DNA of 64,000 bases from a virus. The stretch lies in the IMG/VR virus record IMGVR_UViG_3300028966_000062; one strand, given 5' to 3'. This document shows positions 1-9,253 of the stretch, in pieces. The notes beneath the pieces were generated by a model that had not been told where the DNA came from, did no database searches, and worked only from the letters and a program-made list of their open reading frames with translations. Position 1 is the stretch's first letter; the number at the start of each line of letters is the position of its first letter. A program made the position numbers and the translations under genes.

Positions 1-88
1 ATCGCAAAGCAGGCTGAATAAATTACATAGCAACGTAATAAATAATTGCGAAAATTACATAAAAGATATGTTTTAAGGAGAGTTTGAT

Positions 89-346
89 ATGACCGCAAGA
101 GAATATTGCAAGAGCCATCCTGTAACCGCTTATGATAGCAGCTATAGCCGTTGTGGTGGTTTTCAGATTCATGGCGATATCGAATACGGCATTAACGATT
201 ACCTTTATGGTATGTCTGGTGCGCTGTGTGAAGATGAGAAATATCATAGTTATCATCATCTGAAAATCATCTATGCACCGTCTGGCAGAGCATACGTCAA
301 GTGTTTCGGTAAACGAATCTATCTTGATGAGTGCATGAGAGTGTAA
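89..346 (+). CDS. hypothetical protein (85 aa)
   Basis: ORF with AAGGAG-like SD upstream; no recognisable domain. Confidence 0.5.
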   Translation: MTAREYCKSHPVTAYDSSYSRCGGFQIHGDIEYGINDYLYGMSGALCEDEKYHSYHHLKIIYAPSGRAYVKCFGKRIYLDECMRV

Positions 347-359
347 AGGAGAACACAAG

Positions 360-500
360 ATGAAAAAAGGTCAATGGTTTATGAACGATGAAACAGGTGT
401 TATCACTAACATTCATCGTGAAGCTGTCGAGTGGTATCGGCAGGGTGCAAACATTTCCATCTGGATCAACGGCGTTGTCGTTTGCCGTTGGGGTCACTGA
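360..500 (+). CDS. small hypothetical protein (46 aa, below ORF-track cutoff)
   Basis: ATG at 360 preceded by AAGGAGAAC; fills gap between neighbouring genes. Confidence 0.35.
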   Translation: MKKGQWFMNDETGVITNIHREAVEWYRQGANISIWINGVVVCRWGH

Positions 501-520
501 TAAGAAAAGGAGAATAAAAA

Positions 521-847
521 ATGCGTGCTACTGTTGAAGTGTATGAGAACAATGCAGGCGGTATCTGTGTTGCAGTCTTTGGTCAGAATGGTTTAACGAA
601 TCTGTTTGTCGTTACTCCTGATGGTAATGAAACAAGAATGACGAGGGCATTCTATCAGGAAGCATTATACGGGTTCCCTGGCAATGATGAATACAACGCA
701 GAAGATTTTTCTGGTCTGTCCATGGATGATGCTTATACAGACATCTGCAATAGCAACTTGATTGCAGAGTTTTATGATAATCGTGTTGTAAACCTGTATC
801 CGGCAGACATGGGTATTGCCGGAATGGAGCTATTTGGTATGGCTTGA
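521..847 (+). CDS. hypothetical protein (108 aa)
   Basis: ORF with AAAGGAG SD; no recognisable domain. Confidence 0.55.
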   Translation: MRATVEVYENNAGGICVAVFGQNGLTNLFVVTPDGNETRMTRAFYQEALYGFPGNDEYNAEDFSGLSMDDAYTDICNSNLIAEFYDNRVVNLYPADMGIAGMELFGMA

Positions 848-929
848 CCGTACATTCACAAAATTGTCATGAATAAGAAACGTATCAACGCGCTAAAATA
901 CGACGTTAATAAAATCTACATTTTAGTGC

Positions 930-958
930 TTGACAAAATCAGTAGTATCCTGTATTCT
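930..958 (+). promoter_or_regulatory. sigma70-like promoter (TTGACA-17nt-TATTCT) embedding reverse copy of the 21-nt motif
   Basis: TTGACA at 930-935, 17-nt spacer ending GTATCCTG, TATTCT at 953-958; drives gene at 1047. Confidence 0.55.
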
Positions 959-965
959 ATAGCTA
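945..965 (-). repeat. 21-nt conserved motif copy R1 (GTATCCTGTATTCTATAGCTA on + strand)
   Basis: reverse complement TAGCTATAGAATACAGGATAC matches consensus; forms inverted repeat with copy at 1005-1025. Confidence 0.7.
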
Positions 966-1004
966 GAAAGGGCAGTCCGTCATAGGACTTTTATTTTTAC
1001 CATA

Positions 1005-1025
1005 TAGCTATACAATACAGGATAC
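1005..1025 (+). repeat. 21-nt conserved motif copy F1 (TAGCTATACAATACAGGATAC)
   Basis: consensus TAGCTATAnAAyACAGGATAC ~12 nt upstream of SD of gene 1047. Confidence 0.7.
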
Positions 1026-1046
1026 AAAGAAGGAGAGTCAACTGCT

Positions 1047-1595
1047 ATGGCTATGTACAAAACTAAGAAAGATGCAGCTTATGCATGGATTCAGGAGTTT
1101 AATGCGATTCCTCAGAGCGTTATTGAAAAGCTCGCCAAGGTCGATTTGGAAGAGAATGGTGAAGGCATTACCGAAATCACGCCGCCGTCTTGCTGTGATC
1201 ATGTCTATATCTTTAGCGGTGACCACTATGGCAAAAATGGTGAGATTCGGAGCTACAACAAAGATGACAACACTTACAAAATTTGTCTCGACGGCACTGG
1301 CGAGGAAGTTGATGTCAGAGAAGATGATTTTGAAGTCGAGCGTGACGACTTCTTTCCGATGTGGGGAACGATGTGGCAGTTTGGCAATTCGTGTGATAAC
1401 TGGTGGCTTGAAAATCATCTTCAGGAAATGGCAGATTGCGGATTCCGTATCTATAAGCAAGAGGATTTTGAGTACGTTTTCGGCATTGATGGTTGTGGCT
1501 ACGACTTTTACGAATCTCATTGGATTCCGCTTTATGAAAAGCGTGGATTCCATTGGGATGATGAGACTGTAAAGGAGCTGGAAGAAAATGCGTAA
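1047..1595 (+). CDS. hypothetical acidic protein (182 aa)
   Basis: ORF with GAAGGAGAG SD; no recognisable domain. Confidence 0.6.
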   Translation: MAMYKTKKDAAYAWIQEFNAIPQSVIEKLAKVDLEENGEGITEITPPSCCDHVYIFSGDHYGKNGEIRSYNKDDNTYKICLDGTGEEVDVREDDFEVERDDFFPMWGTMWQFGNSCDNWWLENHLQEMADCGFRIYKQEDFEYVFGIDGCGYDFYESHWIPLYEKRGFHWDDETVKELEENA

Positions 1596-1827
1596 GACGT
1601 TGCTTGAACGACTTTTGGATGCCGGATATCCGAAAGCAGAAATTTATCATCATATGTCCGACCTTTATGTTTTTGTAACACCGTTGACTACAAAAATTAT
1701 TTCTGAATGGTGTGATGAAAATGGGTATACGATGAACTTTCATTGTGCAAAATTCGTGGATCAGATTACGGGGAACATGATGTACGACTGTGTTTTTCAG
1801 TATTATGAGGTGGAAGAAAATGACTGA
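1588..1827 (+). CDS. hypothetical protein (79 aa)
   Basis: overlapping start/stop with upstream gene; SD GGAAGAAAATG. Confidence 0.5.
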   Translation: MRKTLLERLLDAGYPKAEIYHHMSDLYVFVTPLTTKIISEWCDENGYTMNFHCAKFVDQITGNMMYDCVFQYYEVEEND

Positions 1828-1981
1828 TATTCAGGAAAAGATGTGGGACGTGCTGGTTGAGATGTCCGGTGAGGATGTTGCAAGAGCGTTTGCAAATTTC
1901 TTTGGTAATCAGCTTTTGAACGAGGATTTCCATCAGTTTTTGGTTGATGAAGGTTATATGGAAAGCGAGGATGAAGAATGA
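1820..1981 (+). CDS. hypothetical protein (53 aa)
   Basis: ATG 1820 after GGAGGTGGAAG; track ORF 1790 N-terminus likely spurious. Confidence 0.45.
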   Translation: MTDIQEKMWDVLVEMSGEDVARAFANFFGNQLLNEDFHQFLVDEGYMESEDEE

Positions 1982-2217
1982 TCATTGATTCTATTCTTGA
2001 CCGTAAGGACGGCAGACACTACAGTGCTCATGATTTCTATCTTGAGGTCAGGAAATATGAGCGTTTGGGTGTTGGGACAAACGGCGAGGATATTTCTATT
2101 GCAATGGATTACGGTGATAACAAAGATGTGCAGCGTGTTCTGTGTCAGTATATCCAGCGCAATGGATACCCGGCAGATATTGAGGACTACATAAGAAGTC
2201 AAGTCTGGGTGGTATAA
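1978..2217 (+). CDS. hypothetical protein (79 aa)
   Basis: ATGA start/stop overlap with upstream gene. Confidence 0.5.
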   Translation: MIIDSILDRKDGRHYSAHDFYLEVRKYERLGVGTNGEDISIAMDYGDNKDVQRVLCQYIQRNGYPADIEDYIRSQVWVV

Positions 2218-2317
2218 GCAGCAGATGCTAGGTGATTAGCGGTACTAGGGCAGACATAACCGCTACCAATGCGAAAGCATGAACGAATACACACATGAAA
2301 ATAAAGGAGATGGTGCT

Positions 2318-2521
2318 ATGAAAGTGGGGACATTGCTTAATCTGTTTGATGATTGGAACAAATATATCATCATCAACGACAATAGTTTGAATCGTCTGTA
2401 TAATGCACGAACCAAAATCTTTGAATTTATGGACGAAAAAGAAAAGCATAAAGATTTACTCGGCAAAGAAATCGTATCGTTTGGACTTTACGACGATGAT
2501 TTCTGCGTAAGAGTGAAATAA
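2318..2521 (+). CDS. hypothetical protein (67 aa)
   Basis: ATG 2318 after AAAGGAGATGG. Confidence 0.45.
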   Translation: MKVGTLLNLFDDWNKYIIINDNSLNRLYNARTKIFEFMDEKEKHKDLLGKEIVSFGLYDDDFCVRVK

Positions 2522-2534
2522 AGGAGATAGCATT

Positions 2535-2726
2535 ATGGATAAAGAATATAACATTCCTGAATTATACGACAAGTACGGTCTCAAATATGAGATGAATTAT
2601 GATGAGATTTGCTCTTTACTTCTCAAGAGAATTAAGGAAGACCCTAATTTTAACAACTATGTAAGGGCCGACTTGATTGATAAGCTGGGCTGGATTCACG
2701 ACACGTTAATTGATGAAACGTGGTAA
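2535..2726 (+). CDS. hypothetical protein (63 aa)
   Basis: AAAGGAGATAG SD. Confidence 0.45.
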   Translation: MDKEYNIPELYDKYGLKYEMNYDEICSLLLKRIKEDPNFNNYVRADLIDKLGWIHDTLIDETW

Positions 2727-2744
2727 ATAAAAGGAGTGTTAGGT

Positions 2745-3035
2745 ATGAAGAAGTTTAATTCGACCTCAAATAAAGGATTCAATATGACTTTTGCAAATGG
2801 TATTACTGCAAGCGTCCAGTGGGGAGCTGGGAATTACTGCGATAACTATTTTAGTAAAGACTTCTCTTTCTCAAAAGAAGCAAGTTCTAATACAGCAGAA
2901 GTGGCCGCATGGAATGAAAACGACGAATGGGTTACAAATAAGTTCTGCGACACCTGTGATGATGTTGCTGGGTATCTCTCCCCAGATGAAGTGTTGCAGT
3001 TTTTGAATAGCTGTGCAAATTACAAAACGGCTTAA
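2745..3035 (+). CDS. hypothetical protein (96 aa)
   Basis: ATG 2745 after AAAGGAG. Confidence 0.5.
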   Translation: MKKFNSTSNKGFNMTFANGITASVQWGAGNYCDNYFSKDFSFSKEASSNTAEVAAWNENDEWVTNKFCDTCDDVAGYLSPDEVLQFLNSCANYKTA

Positions 3036-3070
3036 AATCATGCTTTTACAATGACTAGGGAGATTACAGA

Positions 3071-3274
3071 ATGAAACCATTAAGAGATAATCCTATCGAA
3101 GAAGGAATAGATGCTTTCTTTGAAGAAAAACAAAGACTCGAAGAAGAAAAGCAAAAACTCGAAGAAGAAATCAGAGATTACGAACAGGATTATTTGGACC
3201 GATATTATGATTGGTTAGAGGAGGAAGAACAAGAGTGTCGTTTAGAACTTCTTAATGACCTTTACAATGACTAA
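3071..3274 (+). CDS. hypothetical acidic coiled-coil protein (67 aa)
   Basis: E/K-rich repeats EEKQ; SD GGGAG. Confidence 0.45.
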   Translation: MKPLRDNPIEEGIDAFFEEKQRLEEEKQKLEEEIRDYEQDYLDRYYDWLEEEEQECRLELLNDLYND

Positions 3275-3286
3275 GGAGGTTACATT

Positions 3287-3718
3287 ATGACCTTTGAACA
3301 GTACAAGAAGAATCGTCCATTCTTTTCTGATCCGTACTATGTGAATATTGTAGAAAGAGTAGAAGAACAGTTCTTCTCTATTCCGGCAGAAAAAATTCAC
3401 GATACAGAGAACGAACTTCCTCATAAACTTAATTTTGGAACTCTCGGTGAATCAAAATATCTTTCTGTTCCTTGTATTGTATTTATGAGTGATGGCACAG
3501 AGTATGGAACGTATGTTGATATCGCTGGTTATTATTGTTATCAAGATAATCAGTGGTATTTTGATCGCATTGATGTTAGTAGAACGCTGTCTCTGCATGA
3601 AGTGTATAGAAGAAAACCGACAGTTTTGAAGTGGGTTCCGTTGAAGATTGTCTGTGACGAAGACGAAAGAGATGATAGATGTTTTCAATACAATGGAGAA
3701 CATTATAAAATCATATAA
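3287..3718 (+). CDS. hypothetical protein (143 aa)
   Basis: SD TAAGGAGG. Confidence 0.55.
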   Translation: MTFEQYKKNRPFFSDPYYVNIVERVEEQFFSIPAEKIHDTENELPHKLNFGTLGESKYLSVPCIVFMSDGTEYGTYVDIAGYYCYQDNQWYFDRIDVSRTLSLHEVYRRKPTVLKWVPLKIVCDEDERDDRCFQYNGEHYKII

Positions 3719-3738
3719 ACAAAAGGAGCTGGTACAAT

Positions 3739-3972
3739 ATGACCGAAAAAGATAAACGGATTCTAAAATATGCAATCGATAATCTTGTTCTTAGAGAAAT
3801 CGAAGTATGCAAAGGAATTTGTAAAAGCAACCCTGAAAACAAAGCGAACCGTGAACGAGATCGTGAGTTGATTATTTATGGTATTCACAGCGTTTTATAT
3901 GAGGTTGAACGTCTTGAAGAACAGGAAAAGGAGATGCTGGAGAAAGTCAAACATGAAGTGGTTCAGTTTTGA
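3739..3972 (+). CDS. hypothetical protein (77 aa)
   Basis: SD AAAGGAG. Confidence 0.5.
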   Translation: MTEKDKRILKYAIDNLVLREIEVCKGICKSNPENKANRERDRELIIYGIHSVLYEVERLEEQEKEMLEKVKHEVVQF

Positions 3973-3986
3973 TTGAGGTGATAAAA

Positions 3987-4292
3987 ATGGACGAAAGCAA
4001 AGTTGTGAAGCAGATTGCCGAATGGATGGTCAAAGAAGGTACAAAAAATACTACAGAAGGCAATTGGATTTTTCATATTGACGAAATCACAAAAGAATTT
4101 AACGTAAGCAAAATGTTTGTTGCGGCCTATTGTGGAGAGATTTTTGATTCACTTTATGAACACGAATCGGTTGCTGACGTGGAATGTACTCTACAAGAAG
4201 GCTCTGATTTTTATGTGAAAACTTTTGACGTTGATTTTTATACAAAATTTTGTCCCAATGTAGAGGATAAAGATTGGAGTGAGATTGTATGA
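3987..4292 (+). CDS. hypothetical protein, paralog of 7989..8483 (shared FDVDFYTxFCPN motif)
   Basis: ATG 3987 after GAGGTGATAAAA; sequence similarity to gene at 7989. Confidence 0.55.
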   Translation: MDESKVVKQIAEWMVKEGTKNTTEGNWIFHIDEITKEFNVSKMFVAAYCGEIFDSLYEHESVADVECTLQEGSDFYVKTFDVDFYTKFCPNVEDKDWSEIV

Positions 4293-4474
4293 CAAACATT
4301 GAAAAGAACATTATCCTCGCAGCTCTTTCTTCCTATCGGCGTAAGCTGATGGATCAGAGTGTTTCATTCCTTAGAGCTGGCAATCACGAGGACGCAAAGC
4401 AGTCAACGATGGAAGCAGCCAACGTAAATGCGCTGGTGATTAAGTTTACAAGAGAAAAGGAGTTTGCAATATGA
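4289..4474 (+). CDS. hypothetical protein (61 aa)
   Basis: overlapping stop/start ATGA. Confidence 0.4.
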   Translation: MTNIEKNIILAALSSYRRKLMDQSVSFLRAGNHEDAKQSTMEAANVNALVIKFTREKEFAI

Positions 4475-4758
4475 GAAACCTGTCTAAACAGAACCGCAAG
4501 AAAATTTTTGATTTGATCAAACGTGATTGCACATTTGTTGGCTCTTACGATTTGGAACATTCTGAAGAAAGTGTTTTGACTTATCTCCCGAAGCCAGGCA
4601 CACAGATTCACAAAGATGTTGAAGAGGTTCGTGTCATAAAGAACCGCAAGACTGGAAACTGGGTTGAATCCGTTGTTGATGTGCGTTGGTATTACGGTAT
4701 GACTTGCGCTGATGCAGAGATGATTGAACGCAAATATCAGTGCAAGTCTAATAAATGA
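4471..4758 (+). CDS. hypothetical protein (95 aa)
   Basis: SD AAAGGAG. Confidence 0.5.
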   Translation: MRNLSKQNRKKIFDLIKRDCTFVGSYDLEHSEESVLTYLPKPGTQIHKDVEEVRVIKNRKTGNWVESVVDVRWYYGMTCADAEMIERKYQCKSNK

Positions 4759-4770
4759 GATAGGTGGAAT

Positions 4771-4941
4771 ATGAAATACAAAAGAATGAAGATTGTTTAT
4801 ATTGATGGCTGGTATCATGTTGAACAAACATGGATGAGCGGCAAGGTTATTATTACTCCGTATAGATGGAAGGATAAAAGAATAGCTCAATCCTACGTTG
4901 TTGCTTTTTATGAAGCTGGGGAGGTGGCAGAAATTGACTGA
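4771..4941 (+). CDS. small hypothetical protein (56 aa)
   Basis: ATG 4771 after TAGGTGG; below track cutoff. Confidence 0.35.
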   Translation: MKYKRMKIVYIDGWYHVEQTWMSGKVIITPYRWKDKRIAQSYVVAFYEAGEVAEID

Positions 4942-5170
4942 TCCATGCCATTATTGCGTGGCACCGGAGCGTTATCCTGGTTGCCACGACCATTGCAAAA
5001 AGCTGAAAGCCCATCGTGAAAGTGATGAGTATAAGAAGCTGTGTGAATATAAGAATACATACCTAAAAAGCCATTCGACAGCAAGCTCTTCTCAGATTAA
5101 CAAAGCGATGCGGTATTTCAAATGTAAAGGTTATAGCCTTTATGGATTCAAGAATGTTGGGAGTGTGTAA
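4898..5170 (+). CDS. hypothetical Cys/His-rich protein (true start may be TTG 4934 after GGGGAGGTGG)
   Basis: CHYC...CHDHC motif; overlaps preceding small ORF in another frame. Confidence 0.45.
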   Translation: MLLFMKLGRWQKLTDPCHYCVAPERYPGCHDHCKKLKAHRESDEYKKLCEYKNTYLKSHSTASSSQINKAMRYFKCKGYSLYGFKNVGSV

Positions 5171-5171
5171 A

Positions 5172-5351
5172 ATGAACGGCTATTACGTTACTATTGAAAC
5201 AAGAGTTACTTACACAACGTTTGTAGAAGCAGACAACAAAGATGATGCTTATGAAATTGCGAAAGATAGATTTGTTGCCGGTGAGATTGAACCAGATAAT
5301 CCGAATCCGACGGACATTGATAGTGTTACGGTAAAAGACGCAGAGGAGTGA
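5172..5351 (+). CDS. hypothetical protein (59 aa)
   Basis: ATG 5172; acidic. Confidence 0.4.
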   Translation: MNGYYVTIETRVTYTTFVEADNKDDAYEIAKDRFVAGEIEPDNPNPTDIDSVTVKDAEE

Positions 5352-5355
5352 TAAA

Positions 5356-5868
5356 ATGAGAGAATTTGAAGGTTTTATTTTTCCTAACGGAAGAATTGTA
5401 GCGATTCCTGAAGAGGAATATATGGCAGCTATCGAAGCGGGAAAAGAAATTCTTGTGTTTTGTGGTGGATGGGCTGGTGGATACGCTAGAGCGTTTGGTG
5501 CAGATAAGGAACAGGATATTTATGAGCCTGATAAAACTTGTTACATGGTCTATTCGTATGATGTTATGGATAAGACCTTTACGCCAGAAGATATGAAGCG
5601 GTTCGCTAAAGTGATTGTCACAGATGGTATCCGTGTGTATATGAAAACAGGTGAGTCGGCCAGTGATTATTATTCTGGAACCTTCTGTGACTGTGGTACG
5701 AAAGACCGGCTCGAAGAACATTACCCTGACACTTGTAGTAATGATATTGAACAATACGATTTCAGTGATTGTCAGACAGTTGATTTTGATATGACGGTTC
5801 GTATGCTGGGTGCCGATGATAAAGATTACGAAGGTATGGTAAAGATGCTCAAGGAGATTTTGAGGTGA
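5356..5868 (+). CDS. hypothetical protein (170 aa)
   Basis: SD GAGGAGTGATAAA. Confidence 0.55.
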   Translation: MREFEGFIFPNGRIVAIPEEEYMAAIEAGKEILVFCGGWAGGYARAFGADKEQDIYEPDKTCYMVYSYDVMDKTFTPEDMKRFAKVIVTDGIRVYMKTGESASDYYSGTFCDCGTKDRLEEHYPDTCSNDIEQYDFSDCQTVDFDMTVRMLGADDKDYEGMVKMLKEILR

Positions 5869-5872
5869 TAAA

Positions 5873-6094
5873 ATGTGGGATCTAGTTGAAAATGAATATT
5901 CTAAAAAATATGGAATTGGGTGTGCAACCTTTTTTCGTGACAAACAATTAAAAACAGCAATGGTTATGTATAAATATAATGGCCGTAGCGTTATGTTTTG
6001 CTATTCCGAGTACGATAATAAGATTCTATCTGACGGTGATAAAGACGAAATTGAGATGACAATCAAAAAGAAACTCAACTTTTGGAAGGATTAA
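5873..6094 (+). CDS. hypothetical protein, MWDL paralog 1 of 3
   Basis: N-terminus MWDLVENEYSKKYGIG similar to genes at 6097 and 6330. Confidence 0.5.
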   Translation: MWDLVENEYSKKYGIGCATFFRDKQLKTAMVMYKYNGRSVMFCYSEYDNKILSDGDKDEIEMTIKKKLNFWKD

Positions 6095-6096
6095 CT

Positions 6097-6327
6097 ATGT
6101 GGGATTTAATTAAAGATGAATACTCTGAAGAATATAAAATCGGAAGAGCAAAGTTCAAGAACAAACAAACAGGTCATTACTTCACAATCATGTATATGAT
6201 ACTTAGTTTTTGTATTTCTTTTTATTTTCCAGAGTATTCTTCCTTTTTTGTTCTTCCTACCGCAAGAGATAAAGAAGAAATGAAAGAAATTATTATTTTA
6301 AGACATTCTAAAACTTTGGAGGATTAA
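6097..6327 (+). CDS. hypothetical protein, MWDL paralog 2 of 3
   Basis: MWDLIKDEYSEEYKIG; start region GGATTAACTATGTGGGAT duplicated at 6318-6338. Confidence 0.5.
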   Translation: MWDLIKDEYSEEYKIGRAKFKNKQTGHYFTIMYMILSFCISFYFPEYSSFFVLPTARDKEEMKEIIILRHSKTLED

Positions 6328-6329
6328 CT

Positions 6330-6578
6330 ATGTGGGATCTGAGAGAAGTCCACGCTTGTTTTGATGGTGAAAGTTGGGTTTGGAACGGATCTTTCCATCA
6401 CAAGGATGTATTTGTAGATGAGAACGAAAACCCGAGAGAAATCTTCTGGCAAGAATGTCAGATGTTCTTCCTTCAAGATTATCTTAATAAGTGCGAAATC
6501 GTTGATGATGGTGATATTCTAGAACTTCAATTGAAGGATTCTGGCGAGCCGGTTCTTGCTATGATGATTGCAGAGTAA
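6330..6578 (+). CDS. hypothetical protein, MWDL paralog 3 of 3
   Basis: MWDLREV N-terminus; duplicated SD/start block. Confidence 0.5.
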   Translation: MWDLREVHACFDGESWVWNGSFHHKDVFVDENENPREIFWQECQMFFLQDYLNKCEIVDDGDILELQLKDSGEPVLAMMIAE

Positions 6579-6591
6579 AGGAGAATGAATT

Positions 6592-6864
6592 ATGACACGT
6601 TTTTATTTGGATGCGGGTACTCTTGGCCGTTGGATGCACCAGAATAAAGCACAATACACTGGTGCTTATGTTGAAGGTGTTCTGGTTGATAGTTTTGTCG
6701 TTGAAACAAAGCGTGGAGTCGCAGCCATCTATGAACACTATCTGAATGAGTGGACAAGCAACTATTATGTTGAGTTCACTGATTACAAGAACGGTTTTAA
6801 GAATGGCGAGGTCGATAAGATTTGGTCTGATTGGTACGCTTTTGAAGAAAAGGCTAGTGCATAA
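6592..6864 (+). CDS. hypothetical protein (90 aa)
   Basis: SD AAAGGAG. Confidence 0.5.
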   Translation: MTRFYLDAGTLGRWMHQNKAQYTGAYVEGVLVDSFVVETKRGVAAIYEHYLNEWTSNYYVEFTDYKNGFKNGEVDKIWSDWYAFEEKASA

Positions 6865-6877
6865 GAGGTGATGGAAT

Positions 6878-7072
6878 ATGGAACTGCTTACTTTACTTTC
6901 AATTATTCCGGATGACATTAGCTTTACGCTTTGTGATTGTAATTCAGGCGAAGAAATTGAATGTTACAATAATAATTCTCTTCTTGAAATTTCAGAAGCA
7001 AGACGCTACACGGTTGACTTCATCACACCAGAGTTCAATATGCTGATGATTTTTGTGAAAGAAAAAGATTGA
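6878..7072 (+). CDS. hypothetical protein (64 aa)
   Basis: SD AGAGGTGATGG. Confidence 0.45.
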   Translation: MELLTLLSIIPDDISFTLCDCNSGEEIECYNNNSLLEISEARRYTVDFITPEFNMLMIFVKEKD

Positions 7073-7091
7073 TAAAAGGGAGATTTTAGAT

Positions 7092-7958
7092 ATGGGAAAA
7101 CTGTATTGCTACGATAACGAAACCATAAAATGGAATCACGATGGTAAGGAATATTGTGTACATATTCAGCAAGACAATTCAAATGATATTGGCCCACGAG
7201 ATTACGACCATGATTCTGTGATGGCGTGCTTTGGAAGGTATAAATATCTCGGTGACAAAATCGAATATGACAGTCCGAAAGATTTCTGGATCAGTAATGC
7301 TTATGGTCATTGTAGTGATGAAGAAATCTTTGAAGCACTCAAAGAACGGAAACTTATAAACATTTATGTTGACTATTATCAGGACATGGAAAAAGACGAA
7401 TACTTTTATGCTCTTTGCGACATGGATAATGGAGATTGTTTTGTTGACGGTCTTGCAGAAGACGAGGTAGTGTCCGAAGCAAAATATTGGTTGGAACCGG
7501 AAGATTGTATGATTTTGCTGGATAGCAAAATGGTATGGGTTCCGCTTTATGTTTATGACCATAGCGGTATTTCAATGAGCTGCGACGAAAGAACATATCC
7601 TTTTAACGATCGTTTTGACTCTAGTATGGTCGGTTGGATTGTGACTACGATGTGCAAGAATCATACTCCTGCTGATGAAATGAAGGCAACACGAGTGATG
7701 CAGCAGGAAGTAAAAGAATATAACGATTGGCTTCATGGTGAAGTTTATTGTTATACGCTATACGAACAAAACGGCGACGACGGTGACGAATTTGATGATT
7801 GGATTGAAATTGATTCCTGTGGCGGATTTATCGGTGACAATACCATTGAAAATGGAATGACTTACAATGTCGGAAACGGTATCGAAGAAGCTATTAAGAA
7901 TGAAAACTATACGACAGGAACGGCAAAGAAAACTGTGGTCGTAAAATGGGAATTCTAA
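7092..7958 (+). CDS. hypothetical acidic protein (288 aa)
   Basis: SD AAGGGAG; no domain recognised. Confidence 0.6.
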   Translation: MGKLYCYDNETIKWNHDGKEYCVHIQQDNSNDIGPRDYDHDSVMACFGRYKYLGDKIEYDSPKDFWISNAYGHCSDEEIFEALKERKLINIYVDYYQDMEKDEYFYALCDMDNGDCFVDGLAEDEVVSEAKYWLEPEDCMILLDSKMVWVPLYVYDHSGISMSCDERTYPFNDRFDSSMVGWIVTTMCKNHTPADEMKATRVMQQEVKEYNDWLHGEVYCYTLYEQNGDDGDEFDDWIEIDSCGGFIGDNTIENGMTYNVGNGIEEAIKNENYTTGTAKKTVVVKWEF

Positions 7959-7988
7959 ATAAAAGTTGAATTTTAGGAGGGAAATATC

Positions 7989-8483
7989 ATGGATGACAAT
8001 ATGATGGAACGTCAGATTGCTGACTATATGGTGAAGTATGGCACAGAGAATACGAACTACGGTACATGGGTATTTGAAGTTGACGAGTTAGCAAAGAAAT
8101 TCAATGTAACAGAAGAGTGGATTAAGAAACACGATGATGGAATCATGTCTGAGTTATATCTTAGAGAAGAGGTTGCGGATGTTGAGCGTGAACTAAGTGG
8201 CGACGACATGACCATCACACTTTTTGATGTTGATTTCTACACTGATTTTTGTCCCAATTACGTTGAGGATGAACAGGAAAAGGATTGCGGCGTAGATAAA
8301 TATTGGTTCGCAGAAACTCGCTGGTGTACAGATGGTATTATTGGTATTGCAAAAGACAATGGAATTGAAATGACTCAGCAGCAAGCAGAACAGTGGTGGA
8401 AAAAGAATGAGAACTGGTTCAAAAATGTTCTTGTTGAATATGGTAACGAAGTTCTTGCCGATGCGAATTTTAGTGGGGTATAA
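7989..8483 (+). CDS. hypothetical protein, paralog of 3987..4292
   Basis: shared motifs KYGTENTNYGTW / FDVDFYTDFCPN. Confidence 0.55.
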   Translation: MDDNMMERQIADYMVKYGTENTNYGTWVFEVDELAKKFNVTEEWIKKHDDGIMSELYLREEVADVERELSGDDMTITLFDVDFYTDFCPNYVEDEQEKDCGVDKYWFAETRWCTDGIIGIAKDNGIEMTQQQAEQWWKKNENWFKNVLVEYGNEVLADANFSGV

Positions 8484-8486
8484 AAT

Positions 8487-8822
8487 ATGAATTATGATAA
8501 AGGACCTTGCTGGTTGTGCATTGAGAAATCTTGTAAGAATTGTCCATGTGCTGTTGCGGAAGCATATGAAAATACCTATTTAGATGCACAGTGGATACAG
8601 AAGCTAAGTTGGAATAAAGATGATTGCGATAAATTTGTTGAGCGTCTTTGGAAAGAGAACACAGATATCGCATGGACCGAAAATGAACGTGGAGAACTAG
8701 TTCTTAATCAGAATTGGAGAGGTTTCCCAGTTGGCAACTTCACACAAGATGATTGGTTCCGTTGGGTGGATGAGTTCCATAGTAAAGGCGTTGGCTGGGT
8801 TTACGAGAACGTGAGCGTGTAA
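8487..8822 (+). CDS. hypothetical protein with N-terminal Cys cluster (CWLCIEKSCKNCPC)
   Basis: ORF; metal-binding-like Cys motif. Confidence 0.5.
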   Translation: MNYDKGPCWLCIEKSCKNCPCAVAEAYENTYLDAQWIQKLSWNKDDCDKFVERLWKENTDIAWTENERGELVLNQNWRGFPVGNFTQDDWFRWVDEFHSKGVGWVYENVSV

Positions 8823-8837
8823 AAGGAGAGTTTTATT

Positions 8838-9035
8838 ATGAGAATTACTATAAAATATGACATTAAACAAATGACGGAGACGCTTTGCGATGTAGCAGGT
8901 GTTGAGTATAACCTTGATTTAGAAAATTTGTTGCATTCGCTAGATATTATGGCACAAAATCCTTACAATGCTGATTTTCGTCGTAATGGTCTTGCTATCA
9001 TTGCTAAAGTGTGCGAGGAGCTGAGAGAAAAATAA
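8838..9035 (+). CDS. hypothetical protein (65 aa)
   Basis: SD AAAGGAGAG. Confidence 0.45.
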   Translation: MRITIKYDIKQMTETLCDVAGVEYNLDLENLLHSLDIMAQNPYNADFRRNGLAIIAKVCEELREK

Positions 9036-9229
9036 TGTATTACCATCTTGAATACTCTGTCAGACACTTTATGTACGGCGATACATATAGAGGGCATGAA
9101 GTCTATCCTACAAAAGAGCTGCGTGACGCAGAACTTAACTGGATGAAAATGTGTTACAGCAAGCCGACAGAGCTTGTCTATGCAACGTATGAAACCGAAA
9201 CGCTTGGTGAGGATAAGATAATAATATAA
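9035..9229 (+). CDS. hypothetical protein (64 aa)
   Basis: ATG 9035 overlapping upstream stop. Confidence 0.4.
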   Translation: MYYHLEYSVRHFMYGDTYRGHEVYPTKELRDAELNWMKMCYSKPTELVYATYETETLGEDKIII

Positions 9230-9253
9230 TGAGGAATTAAGGGAGTGAGAGTT

